Both the position numbers and the translations under genes were made by a program. Shown piece after piece: positions 36,327 through 48,317 of a stretch of 64,000 bases of DNA. Below the pieces are notes generated by a model that was given only the letters and a program-made list of their open reading frames with translations, searched no databases and was not told the origin of the DNA. The DNA is from Bilabrum cf. latius (lineage: Eukaryota). Within the stretch, counting starts at the first letter, position 1; every line of letters starts with the position of its first letter. Location: positions 682,001-746,000 of the forward strand of contig OZ237756.1 in the NCBI GenBank assembly GCA_965178125.1. The letters run 5' to 3'.

Positions 36327-38990
36327 GCGACAGCACTAGCCGCCAAGGAGGAGATGACCACCCCCAAGGCAGCCTGTGTGAGCAATTGCACCATATGCAC
36401 CATGAAACAGCTCGACCAGGAGGTCTTGTCATAGCGACAGCATTAGCTGCCAAGGAGGAGATGACCACCCCCAAAGCAGCCTGTGTGAGCAATTGCACCA
36501 TGTGCACCATTGGACAGCTCGACCAGGAGGTCTTGTCATAGCGACAGCACTAGCTGCCAAGGAGGAGATGACCATCCCCAAGGCAGCCTGTGTGAGCAAG
36601 TGCACCATGTGCACCATTTGACAGCTCGACCAGGAGGTCTTGTCATAGCGACAGCACTGGCGGCCAAGGAGGAGTACATCTACTAGCGGCGCGACGACAG
36701 CACCCCCAGCGCGAGGCGCAGAAGGGCCAGGTCACAGGGCAGCCGCGGTAGTAGGAAGCAGCACGAACATCAGCACCGACGTAGCAGCAGCAAGGCGGCA
36801 GAGTGCTTCCGACGTTCGCACTAGAAGGAGAGGTCCGACTAGGTCACGGCGAAGGGGGACTCATACTGCCTGTCAAATCCACGGGACCATCCCTTGATGC
36901 TAGAGTTAGCCTTGGGGGGACCCGGGAGGAGGCTTCGAGGAATTAGTCGTCCGCTGTAAAGCAGGCCACCCAGGAGCGAACTCTCGTAGCCCGTCAGGGA
37001 GCCAGAGCAGAGCACACCGAGAGGGCTATTGTGGAGCAACGTGGCGGCATGAACTCGCGGAGCAGCGCACTGAGGAGCATGCAAGTGCACAGTGGGGACA
37101 AACTGTATTGGATGCATCTAGCTACATTCTCAATCTGCACCACGCAGTGTTGTCCGGTGGCGGAGGTGTTGCACGTCTTAGGCAAGTATGGCGCGCCTTT
37201 CCACTGGTACCTCGAGCCTGACGCAGCGATCAAGGCTCCACGAGACGGTGGAGACGCCGACTGGCACGAGGGTACCTTGACCCAATCAGCCCTGTCCACT
37301 GAGATTCGCAAGCAGGTTGAGGCAGGATTCATTCGAGTTACATCGACACCAGCAACATCAGATATGCCGAGCGCCTTGCTGGTCCGGAAGTACGCTTGGA
37401 AGCTCAGCCCCAGCGTGGGCATGCAGCGACGCATAGTACCAAGTGAATGGGCCAGGATCGTCGTGGATTTCTCGGGACTACGACCACATGCAAAGGAGGA
37501 GATGACCATCCCCAATGCAGCCTGTGTGAGCAATTGCACCATGTGCACCATTGGACAGCTCGACCAGGAGGTTTTGTCATAGCGACAGCACTAGCTGCCA
37601 AGGAGGAGATGACCATCCCCAATGCAGCCTGTGTGAGCAATGGCACCATATGCACCATTGAACAGCTCGACAAGAGGGTCTTGTCATAGCGACAGCACTA
37701 GCTGCCAAGGAGGAGATGACCATCCCCAATGCAGCCTGTGTGAGCAATGGCACCATATGCACCATGAAACAGCTCAACCAGAAGGTCTTGTCATAGCGAC
37801 AGCACTAGCTGCCAAGGAGGAGATGACCACCCCCAAGGCAGCCTGTGTGAGCAATGGCACCATGTGCACCATTGGACAGCTCAACCAGAAGGTCTTGTCA
37901 TAGCGACAGCACTAGCTGCCAAGGAGGAGATGACCACCCCCAAGACAGCCTGTGTGAGCAAGTACACCATATGCAACATATGCACCATTGAACAGCTCGA
38001 CAAGAGGGTCTTGTCATAGCGACAGCACTAGCTGCCAAGGAGGAGATGACCATCCCCAATGCAGCCTGTGTGAGCAATGGCACCATATGCACCATTGAAC
38101 AGCTCGACAAGAGGGTCTTGTCATAGCGACAGCACTAGCTGCCAAGGAGGAGATGACCATCCCCAAGGCAGCCTGTGTGAGCAATTGCACCATATGCACC
38201 ATTTGTAAGCTCGACCAGGAGGTCTTGTCATAGCGACAGCACTAGCTGCCAAGGAGGAGATGACCACCCCCAAGGCAGCCTGTGTGAGCAATGGCACCAT
38301 GTGCACCATTGGACAGCTCAACCAGAAGGTCTTGTCATAGCGACAGCACTAGGTGCCAAGGAGGAGATGACCACCCCCAAGACAGCCTGTGTGAGCAAGT
38401 ACACCATATGCAACATATGCACCATTGAACAGCTCGACAAGAGGGTCTTGTCATAGCGACAGCACTAGCTGCCAAGGAGGAGATGACCATCCCCAAGGCA
38501 GCCTGTGTGAGCAAGTACACCATATGCAACATATGCACCATTGAACAGCTCGACAAGAGGGTCTTGTCATAGCGACAGCACTAGCTGCCAAGGAGGAGAT
38601 GACCATCCCCAAGGCAGCCTGTGTGAGCAATTGCACCATATGCACCATTTGTAAGCTCGACCAGGAGGTCTTGTCATAGCGACAGCACTAGGTGCCAAGG
38701 AGGCGATGACCATCCCCAAGGCAGCCTGTGTGAACAGTTACACGATATGCACCATTGAGCAGCTCGACCAGGAGGTCTTGTCATAGTAACAGCACTATAT
38801 GCCAAGGAGGAGATGCCCATCCCCAAGACAGCCTTTGTGTGCAATTGCACCATTTGCAGGGACGCAGCTCGACAACAGAGTTTTGTAAGTTCCGGATGGA
38901 CAGCACTAGCAACGACAGGACAAAATGAGCAGCACCATATGCACCATTTGTAAGCTAGACTGGGAGGTCCTGTCGAATGGATAGCACTAA
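36327..38990. repeat. Tandem array, ~107-bp unit (116-bp variants), interrupted at 36676-37489
   Basis: Unit TCATAGCGACAGCACTAGCTGCCAAGGAGGAG...GGTCTTG, decaying to the right. Confidence 0.95.
36676..37489 (+). pseudogene. Fragment resembling the N-terminus of a DIRS/Ngaro RT
   Basis: GAPF..EIRKQVEAGFI..VRK..RIVVDFSG. Confidence 0.45.
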
Positions 38991-40476
38991 CAACGACGAA
39001 AGCGATGATCACTCCCGCAGCAGCCTGTGTACTTGAATGCATCTTAGGCACCAGTATTAAGCTCGGCGAGGATTTCGTATATAATTGACATCTCTGGTTG
39101 CGATCAACGACTAGGCTCATCGGTGGTACGGTGAATGCTGCAGATCAGCCACCATTACCTGACAGTTCAACACAACAGTCGATGCAAGTAGCTCCACGGT
39201 GGTCACCACCGACAGATGACTACCACCGGCCGTGCAAGAAAGCAAGCAGGGTGAGATTGATGGCGTGTACGAGTCCGCATCTGCCGGGGAGGATCACGCA
39301 GGGGTGAGCAGCGGCAAGCAAAGCGGACAGCAGCCATTGTGGCGACTATATCCAAGGAGCGGATTAATGTGACCCACAGGTCAGTATGCGTAGGGCGGCA
39401 AGCCGCAGTGGCCACAGGTGGCCAAATCTGCGGGTCAGTACGGCGCAGGCTGCACCAGCAGCCGGGTCCCCTTGTGGCGCCACGGGTGGTTAACCGCCCG
39501 AGGAGCCGGGGCCCAGCGCGCCCTCGCATTTATCTAGCAACCCTAACCGGAGGTTCTAGAACTGATTCGATGTAACGTACAAATCAATGTCAGTTTTTAG
39601 CAGGTCTGGGGTTACAATCAGTAAGACCGGAACTGTAGAAACTGGGATTGATTTGCGTGAAGGCCGACTCATCTTCCCGAGGGTACGCCGAAGATACTGA
39701 TCTCGGCAGTGCTCAAGAAGACACGTACTACAATGTAGTGTAGTTCTGAGTCAGCTTGCAAAAGTTTTCCCGCCCACTCGCAAAGTGTAGAGGAAGTGCA
39801 GAGAGGAGTGTCATGACTCAAGTCCCTGAATGATGGGGCAAAGAGCCCACGCGTACCACAGCAATTTGGAGCGCGAGGACAGCCCAGGGCCTGCGATTTG
39901 GCGCAACGATAGCGCATATCTTGCAGGGCAGGGATCATGACTCAACACCCAGAGGTACAGGGGTCGCCACCGGACACCGAAGGGCGGCACCCAGGATCGC
40001 GCGTGAGTTTGTCGGCATCCTCAGCCAACAAATCACACCGCGGGACAGTCAGCAGAAGACGGGGTCGTCATCTCAACGAGAGGGCGGCACCCAGGCATGG
40101 ATAGTTTTCTTCCGGAACATTTTCGGTCTTTATAGTCCAGGCCATGCAGACACTCTGAGGGATTTGGATGTAGGGGTCGTCACCTCACTGAGAGGGCGGC
40201 ACCGAGCTCGGGTGACTTTTCCCAGCCACTGGCTGGGTGTTTAGATCTTCGAGCGCATCTGCTTACATTGTATGATTGAATGATACCTCCGGTGGGTAGG
40301 CACTTTGCTTACCCGCGTCAGGCGCGCAGGCTGCACCAGCAGCCGGGTCCCCTTGTGGCACCACGGGTGGTCAACCGCCCGAGGAGCCGGGGCCCAGCAC
40401 GCCCTCGCATTTTCTAGCAACCCTAACCGGAGGTTCTAGAACTGATTCGATGCAACGTACAAATCAATGTCAGTTT

Positions 40477-41738
40477 CGGAGGACCTGAGGCAGCCTGTAG
40501 TGGATGCAGGTGCGCTGCCCGGGCTGGTGGGCCTGCTTGGATCTAGCAAGGGCTTGGAGGCCGAGACGGCGGCTTGGGCACTGCTTAATATCGCAGCTGG
40601 ATCGGAGGGTATGAGGCAGACTGTAGTGGATGCAGGTGCGCTGCCCGGGCTGGTAGTGTTGCTTGGATCCAGCAAGGGTTTGGAGGCCGAGAGAGCGGCA
40701 TGGGCACTGCTTAATATCGCAGCTGGATCGGAGGGCCTGAAGCATGCTGTAGTGGATGAAGGTGCGCTGCCTGGGTTGGTGTGCCTGCGTGGATCCAGCA
40801 AGGGTTTGGAGGCTGAGAATGCTGCATGGGCGCTTCAAAACATTGCTAATGCGTCCAATAGCCTGAAGCGGGCTGTACTGGATGCAGGTGCGCTGCCCGG
40901 GCTTGTGGACCTGCTTGGATCTAGCAAGGGCTTGGAGGCCGAGACGGTGGCATGGGCACTGCTTAATATCGCAGCTGGATCATACGACCTGAAGCAGGCT
41001 ATAGTGGATGAAGGTGCGCTGCCCGGGCTGGTGGGCCTGCTTAGATCTAGCAAAGGCAAGGAGGCCAAGACGGCGGCTTGGGCACTGCTTAATATCGCAG
41101 CTGGATCGGAGGGTATGAGGCAGACTGTAGTGGATGCAGGTGCGCTGCCCGGGCTGGTAGTGTTGCTTGGATCCAGCAAGGGTTTGGAGGCCGAGAGAGC
41201 GGCATGGGCACTGCTTAATATCGCAGCTGGATCGGAGGGCCTGAAGCATGCTGTAGTGGATGAAGGTGCGCTGCCTGGGTTGGTGTGCCTGCGTGGATCC
41301 AGCAAGGGTTTGGAGGCTGAGAATGCTGCATGGGCGCTTCAAAACATTGCTAATGCGTCCAATAGCCTGAAGCAGGCTGTAGTGGATGCAGAAGCGCTGC
41401 CCGGGCTTGTGGACCTGCTTGAATCTAGCAAAGGCGAGGAGGCTGAGAATACGACATGTGCACTTCTTAACATTGCAGCTGGATCGAAGGACCTGAAGCA
41501 GGCCGTGGTGGATGCAGGTGCGCTGCCTGGGCTGGTGGTGTTGCTGAGATCGGGCAAAGGCGAGGAGGCTGAAAATGCGGCGAGGGCCATTTCGAATACT
41601 GCAGCTGGATCGAAGGACATGAAGCAGGCCGTTGTGGATGCAGGTGCGTTGGGCCCACTAAGGCAGCTGAGGGACTCTATCACAGGACCAACTCGTACGA
41701 GGGTCCGAGCGGCTCTGCTGGTTTCGGGCGAGGCGTGA
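40477..41738 (+). pseudogene. 5'-truncated armadillo-repeat gene copy
   Basis: 42-aa ARM repeats with the same C-terminus and 3' flank as 52052-55237; starts abruptly after the duplicated 154-bp segment. Confidence 0.75.
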
Positions 41739-42384
41739 TCTTCGGTAAAAGTCCATGGATATCCAATGTATCTTTGGGAAGCTAGCTGATCGGGCCCTTG
41801 TCAAGGTGCTTGTACTGCCCTTAACTGTAGTACAAGCACATGATGAGGCTACTGGTAGTACAGGCGTGGACGGGCAAGAAGAGGAGGGTGACGATGATGT
41901 CATAGGAGGTCTTGAGATACGTGACGTGGCTTGCGTCGGGGCAGGAGGTGGTGGATTGCAGGGTGCGGCGGGAGGGGCCGTAGGTCCAGCTCCGAGCGAA
42001 TGCGGTGGCTGTGGGTGCTTGGTCTGGTGGATTGCTGAGCGGTCAGTTCGCGTCGTTCCGTCAGGAGGTACAGGTGGAGCGGGCCCGTTGGGAGGCCGCC
42101 CGCCGGTCCTCGTCCTCGTCTAGGGGACACACGGGGGGCAGCTTCAGCGGTGGGATCTGTACGGTCGTGGGAGGTCCTCGGGGGGGGGAAGGGGGGGGTT
42201 GTTAATCAGAACTCGGGAGTTGGATGTGCCATCTTGCCTGATTGCCTGAAGTACAGGCGAATCCACCTTCGTGCCAGCCGAACCCAGTGCGCGGCATCTC
42301 AGCTACGGCGCCGTGCACGCTGTGGTCCCGTTTAACTGAAGTCCGGGCATGTGCCAGTGAGGGCAGATGAATCCTCGGAGCACC

Positions 42385-42679
42385 CTAAGGGTGGGGGTGG
42401 CAGGCAGGTGCAGCGAGTGCTAGTGCAGGGCATCGTCCCCATCAGCGAGGGCACTCTAAGGGTGGGGGTGGCAGGCAGGTGCAGCGAGTGCTAGTGCAGG
42501 GCATCGTCCCCATCAGCGAGGGCACTCTAAGGGTGGGTGTGGCAGGCAGGTGCAGCGAGTGCTAGTGCAGGGCATCGTCCCCATCAGCGAGGGCACTCTA
42601 AGGGTGGGGGTGGCAGGCAGGTGCAGCGAGTGCTAGTGCAGGGCATCGTCCCCATCAGCGAGGGCACTCTAAGGGTGGG
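42385..42679. repeat. 71-bp tandem repeat, four copies
   Basis: CTAAGGGTGGGGGTGGCAGG...GAGGGCACT. Confidence 0.92.
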
Positions 42680-43142
42680 CTCACCAGACGGTGGGGCCAC
42701 AGCTCATAGATCAAAAAAATCTAGCGATGGAAGCCTGCTCGATCCGGATGTGGTCGTCATGCCGTTGGCATGTCGGTTCGAGCTGCCCGGGCTAAACTTG
42801 CCGGCTGCTCCTCTCTGGACCGTTTAGGAGCACTCGCATGAAATCGTGTTCGGTGAGGTAGATGCAGGACGTAGATATGATATGATATATATGGGGGGAT
42901 GTTCTAGAGACATTAGAATATGTCGTGGGGATCAGGTGGGGATAGTGATGTGAGGGATCCTGCAGAGAAGCGCCTGTAAGCCTGATGGTTGGATGTAGTT
43001 TCGATTGCGATGGACCACCTCTGTTCCTGGCAGCCTAACCTGGATCCAATTACCCGCAGTCCTTTGTTGGCATTGCATTAATCCTGCCGATTTCCCCGCT
43101 ACAGCCTCACCACAAGCGCACGTGACGGCTTCATCCGCCCCT

Positions 43143-45629
43143 TCACACGGCCTCGGCCACCGGATGCTCTTCATTCGCATCGATCGCCTTGTCGTCTTTC
43201 TTGGCAATCCCTGGCTTCGTGTTCCTGCATTTAAAGAAGTAGGTGGCTGCTCCCACCGTGACGGCAATGACGACGACCACCACCACCACGATGATGATGA
43301 CCATGCTGGCCCCTCCCTCGTCGCCATCCTCGTCCGTGGAAGGAGCCACAGCCTCCTCCACTTGCTGGTCCTATTCTTGTACGGTGACCTCCACGGCAAT
43401 ACTCGTCGTATCAACCGCGAGTAGCTGGGCTATCTCGGCGGGCGCAGCCATCCTGAGCACCTCCACCAGCGTCTCATCTTCGGACGTGGTCCTGTTGCCC
43501 CGCAGGAAGTCCAGGATATCCTGCCTCGTCTGCTCCACGTCGGTGCGCTCCAGCGGAATAGTCACGGTGAAGTCCAGCTCTGTGGTGGAAACACCATTTT
43601 CCTCTGAGCCCGAGGCCTGAAGGGAGCGGCCCCTGCTGGTCGAGGACGGGGTCAGTCGGTCGATGACCACATCATCGCTTCTAGCCACGTCCCCGATGGC
43701 AGTGATGAAGGGAGTCAGCAGGATCGACTCGAAGATGGGCGTGGTCACGCTCTACACCTAAGTCCCGGATACCCTGATGCGCCTGCCCCTGCGTCTCTTG
43801 GGAGCCGTGCACGTGTTGCTGCTGGCCGAGCACACGAGTCCACTTGCACAGTTGGCTGTGAGGATGCAGGTCCTACCCTGAGAGCACAACGAGCAGCCTT
43901 CAGCAGACGCGTCCCCGCAGTCAATGTCGGTTTCCTGGCCGTTGGTCTCGCCATCACTGCATGTCGATCCTGCGGCACTACCGGTGCTGGATGTGCTCGG
44001 CATGGGCGAGGTGCTGGGGCTGCTGGTGATGCTCGGCGAGGGCGAGGTGCTGGGACTGCTGGTGATGCTCGGCGTGGGCGAGGTGCTGGGACTGCTGGTG
44101 ATGCTCGGCGTGGGCGAGGTGCTGGGGCTGCTGGTGATGCTCGGCGTGGGCGAGATACTGGGGCTGCTGGTGATGCTCGGCGTGGGCGAGGTGCTGGGGC
44201 TGCTGGTGATGCTCGGCGTGGGCGAGATGCTTGGGCTGCTGCTCGGGGTGGTCGACGGCGACGGCGACGGCGATGGAAATACCACTCCATTGAACAGGAT
44301 CCAAGTAGCCCCACTGCCCTGTCCTCCATCATCATCGCTGGCTGCCCCCACTGCGAGGTCGGTGGTGCCATCTCCGTCCAGATCGCCTAGGGATGCCACG
44401 GAAGATCCGAAGAAGTCACCACCGACCAGCTCGCCGGTGAAGCCGCCTTCCGTATCGGAGATCTTCTGGTGGGACTTGACGGTGCCGTTGGCGTTCAAGA
44501 AGAGGATCCAAGTTGCCCCACAGTCGTCTCTTCCATCATCATCTCCGCGCGCCCCCACTGCGAGGTCAGTGGTGTTATCTCCGTCCAGATCGCCCAAGGA
44601 TGCCACGGAGGATCCGAAGTAGTCAATACGGTCCAGCTCGCCTGTGAAGCCGCCTTCCGTATCGGAGATCTTCTGGTGGGACTTGACGGTGCCGTTGGTG
44701 TTCAAGAAGAGGATCCAAGTAGCCCCACGGTCGTCTCCTCCATCATCATCGTTGGCTGCCCCCACTGCGAGGTCAGTGGTGTTATCTCCGTCCAGATCGC
44801 CCAGGGATGCCACGGAGGATCCGAAGTAGTCAAAGTTGTCCAGCTCGCCGGTGAAGCCGCCTTCCGTATCGGAGATCTTCTGGTGGGACTTGACGGTGCC
44901 GTCGGCGTTCAAGAAGAGGATCCAAGTTGCCCCACGGCGATCTCCTCCATCACCATCGTTGGGCGCCCCCACTGCGAGGTCGGTGGTGCCATCTCCGTCC
45001 AGATCGCCCAGGGATGCCACGGAGGATCCGAAGTAGTCAATACGGTCCAGCTCGCCGGTGAAGCCGCCTTCCGTATCGGAGATCTTCTGGTGGGACTTGA
45101 CGGTGCCGTTGGTGTTCAAGAAGAGGATCCAAATAGCCCCACGGTCTCGGCTTCCATCATCATCATCTCCGCGCGCCCCCACTGCGAGGTCGGTGGTGCC
45201 ATCTCCGTCCAGATCGCCCAGGGATGCCACGGAGGATCCGAAGAAGTCCGCATTGCCCAGCTCGCCTGTGAAGCCGCCTTCCGTATCGGAGATCTTCTGG
45301 TGGGACTTGACGGTGCCGTTGGCGTTCAAGAAGAGGATCCAAGTAGCCCCACGGCCCCGGCCTCCATCATCATCGTTGGCTGCCCCCACTGCGAGATCGG
45401 TGGTGCCATCTCCGTCCAGATCGCCCAGGGATGCCACGGAAGATCCGAACCTGCCGTCATTGCCCAGCTCGCCTGTGAAGCCGCCTTCCGTATCGGAGAT
45501 CTTCTGGTAAGATTTGACAGTCAAGTTAGCTTTTGTCGTACTCAGCTCTCGCCTCAAAGGGCGCTTTGCTGTCACAGCCATTGCGAGGTTGTACCCCATC
45601 GCAGCGAATACAGTTGGGGCAGCCGCCAC
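43143..45629 (-). CDS. FG-GAP type I membrane protein, paralog 2 (start uncertain)
   Basis: Same architecture as 8830-11301, joined through TAG. Confidence 0.85.
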
Positions 45630-46532
45630 GGCCGCCGCAATGATGCTGCGACAAGCAAATTGAGCGGATTCTAAAACATTAGGTTTTGATGTATGGCTTT
45701 ACCTACCGCAATGCTGCCAGGTGCACGAGATAAGAAGAGGGTGTAAGCCGCTGCAAGCGATTTTACAGTCCAACCGTTCTGCTCACAGGTATGCCTTCGC
45801 GCCAAACGTCAGAGGCATTTTTTGTTAATATCCGGATGTGGTTCTTCCAGCTGCGATGCTTCGAAGGGCATGAATCAAGTCAACGGAGCAGCATCGAGCA
45901 GTGAAGGGACAACAAGGTACTCGCAGGACACCATGCTTGGAGCTGGCAGTGTGCAACTGCTATGGAACAGTTGGTGGATCGTGTTTGCTCCGTGACACTA
46001 TGATATACCGACTAGTCTTGCGTGAAGTGTAGATGGGCCCTGGCTCTGTTGCCGAGCATCTGTAGCAGGCGGCATCCATATGGATCAACGGTACGAATAC
46101 CAAACGGCATCAGAACGTGTGGTCTTTAGATTGCTAGTATGATGCTTTATCTCACGTATGAGGCTGGATGTTGCAAGGGGCTTCGGGTGAGACCTCTCGA
46201 AAGCTGTATCAGCTGAATCAAGACTGATGAGCGAACGGACAAATTCTGAACAGATTCTAGACCTTTCTTTGATTCTCAAGAACTTTCCACGCAAAGCTCT
46301 ATTCCGATCACGGTCAGTCTCACAAGATTCTGCATCCTGAGCTCTAAATATTGGTATCTTTACGTTATTTTGGGGAACTGGTCAAGCCAATATATCAAGA
46401 ATGTTTTACAGGCTTGTTTGTCTCCGATTCGGGCAGCGCGCCTTTGGAAAAATGCTTTACAGTAGCTCGGGTTCGATGCATTGCAGCTTTCCTCAGCTGT
46501 TCACGCTCTCAACACAATAAGTGTATTTGTAA

Positions 46533-48317
46533 TCATGATGTTGTGTGAGCTAACAACATCAAACCTTGCTGATTTACAGGCTTGGAGCGCAGATCAAGCC
46601 AATAGAGTGACATCGGCGCGTCGTTGCAGGTCAGGTCCGATGGCCACTGGCCGTGAGCTAGCAAGCGCCCGCTGCCCATGTCGTCTGTGCCCCCAATGAG
46701 CTGCAGCGTCCCACCGAAGCCTTGCACGCTGGCATCCACTCGCAGGATGGCCCGCCGCCCGCGGTGCGGCGACGTCGGGAATCGTCGTGCTCTGTTGGAG
46801 GCGATGGCTGCTCGCATCACTCGCAAGACCTCGACGAGCACACTGTCCAGCTGGATCTTGACGGCCTTGTACCCCACGCGGCGCAGTAGGCACTGCATTG
46901 GCCGGAGCATCGGCTTGACGGTGTACAGGGCGTTGCTGCAGAAGCTGAGCTCTCCCACGAGCCGCTCCAGATCCTTCTTGGAGTCCACGGAGCCCGTCTT
47001 GATCACGGCGTCCAAGCGCGTGAGCATGCGCTGCTGCCGGCCCGCGGGCAGGGCGATGGTCATGCTGTCGAAGTCCAGAAGGTACCCCAGGTACTTCGTG
47101 CGGCCTCTGGGCCATTCCTTGGCTGCCTTGCTGCGGCTGATGCCGAAACCGAGCTCCGCCTCGCCCATGACGAGTGCCATGATCCACTCGGCGTGCCGCT
47201 GGCCGGCCAGCAACAGCTAGTCATCCGAGAACACGGTGGCGCGCATCGCTGGTGATCTCGGGACCAAGTTGATGCGCTCCTGGATTCGCCTGTTGAACGC
47301 CGTCGACACCGTGCAGGCCCACGCCGCGCTAGAGCTGGACCCCATGGAAAGGCAGCAGTACATGGCCGCTCGTGCACCGGTGCGAGTCCATACGTGGAGC
47401 CCGTCGCGTGCCGCCAGTCGCATGGAGTAGAACCAACGGCTGAAGTCCGTGGGGCAGCCGACCATGCGCTCACCTGGAGGGAGGTCGCGCCGGAAGCGCA
47501 CGGCCGCACGCATCACGTCGCGAATTTCATCCAACGGGCAGTCGCAGTACCGCTTGTACCCGATGAAGGCGTTCGGGCCGAGCCCCCGTGTCGAAGAGAC
47601 CTTGGCGGAGCCATCGACGATGGTGCGGAAGCTGCCCGCCTCCTTCTTGGCCACGAAACGCGTGGGGGACATGCGGGTCGGAGGGACGGCGCCCAGGTCG
47701 ACTGGGACTACCTGATGCTGACGGAGGGCCTCGCCGTGGGCAAGGTGTGCACTAGCCCTGGCGCCGGGCCAGGATTTGGCTCGCGCCGCGGCTGCCTCCT
47801 CCTCGGTGGCGTCATCCGGGATCTCTGGCTGAGCGTACCGAGGTTCCTCGATACTCCGATCTCGGGGGGCACCCGCCCCGGTGTCCACGCATGCAGGAAA
47901 GCCCCATCGGAATCCCGCGATCACGACCTCGTACAGGTGCAGGGACCGCCACTCCGCCGCGCTTCGTGGCTCCACGGGCGGGCACTTCTTGCCAAAGAAC
48001 ACCTCCATGCGTGCGAGCCGGGCCTGGGTGGAGCGTGAGCCTGCATGGTCGCCGGTCGTGATGGCGGTGTCGGCGAAGATGTCCTGAGCCAGACGCGCCC
48101 TGGTACCGAGCGTGGCTGGTGCGGTGGAGGCCCGCACCGGTGGAGCGGTGGTGAAGGCGCGCAAGTCCGTGGCAGGCAGGTCGTCCGTGGTCCGTGAGCC
48201 ATCCAACATGGGCTCGGCTGCCGGTCCCGTACCGCTCCGTGCCATCACTGAGGGCAGGGTGTGCGCGTTCCACGCCGCTCGTGCCGCCCGTGCGGGTCCT
48301 TGTACCGCCTCGTGCAT
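46533..48317 (-). CDS. Reverse transcriptase-RNase H of a DIRS/Ngaro-type retrotransposon (3' truncated)
   Basis: FRTIVD, TDFSRWFY, LSMG, FSDD[TAG]LLL, KYLG, L.RLVGEL.F, VDASVQGFGG. Confidence 0.8.

Noticed and set aside
34315-38990. CRISPR array or coding repeat proteins
   Set aside because: No unique spacers; units of 107-112 bp are mostly not multiples of 3, so the ORFs are repeat artefacts
39539-39548. Telomere-like AACCCTAACC (also at ~40419)
   Set aside because: Only ~1.5 units, within a duplicated segment
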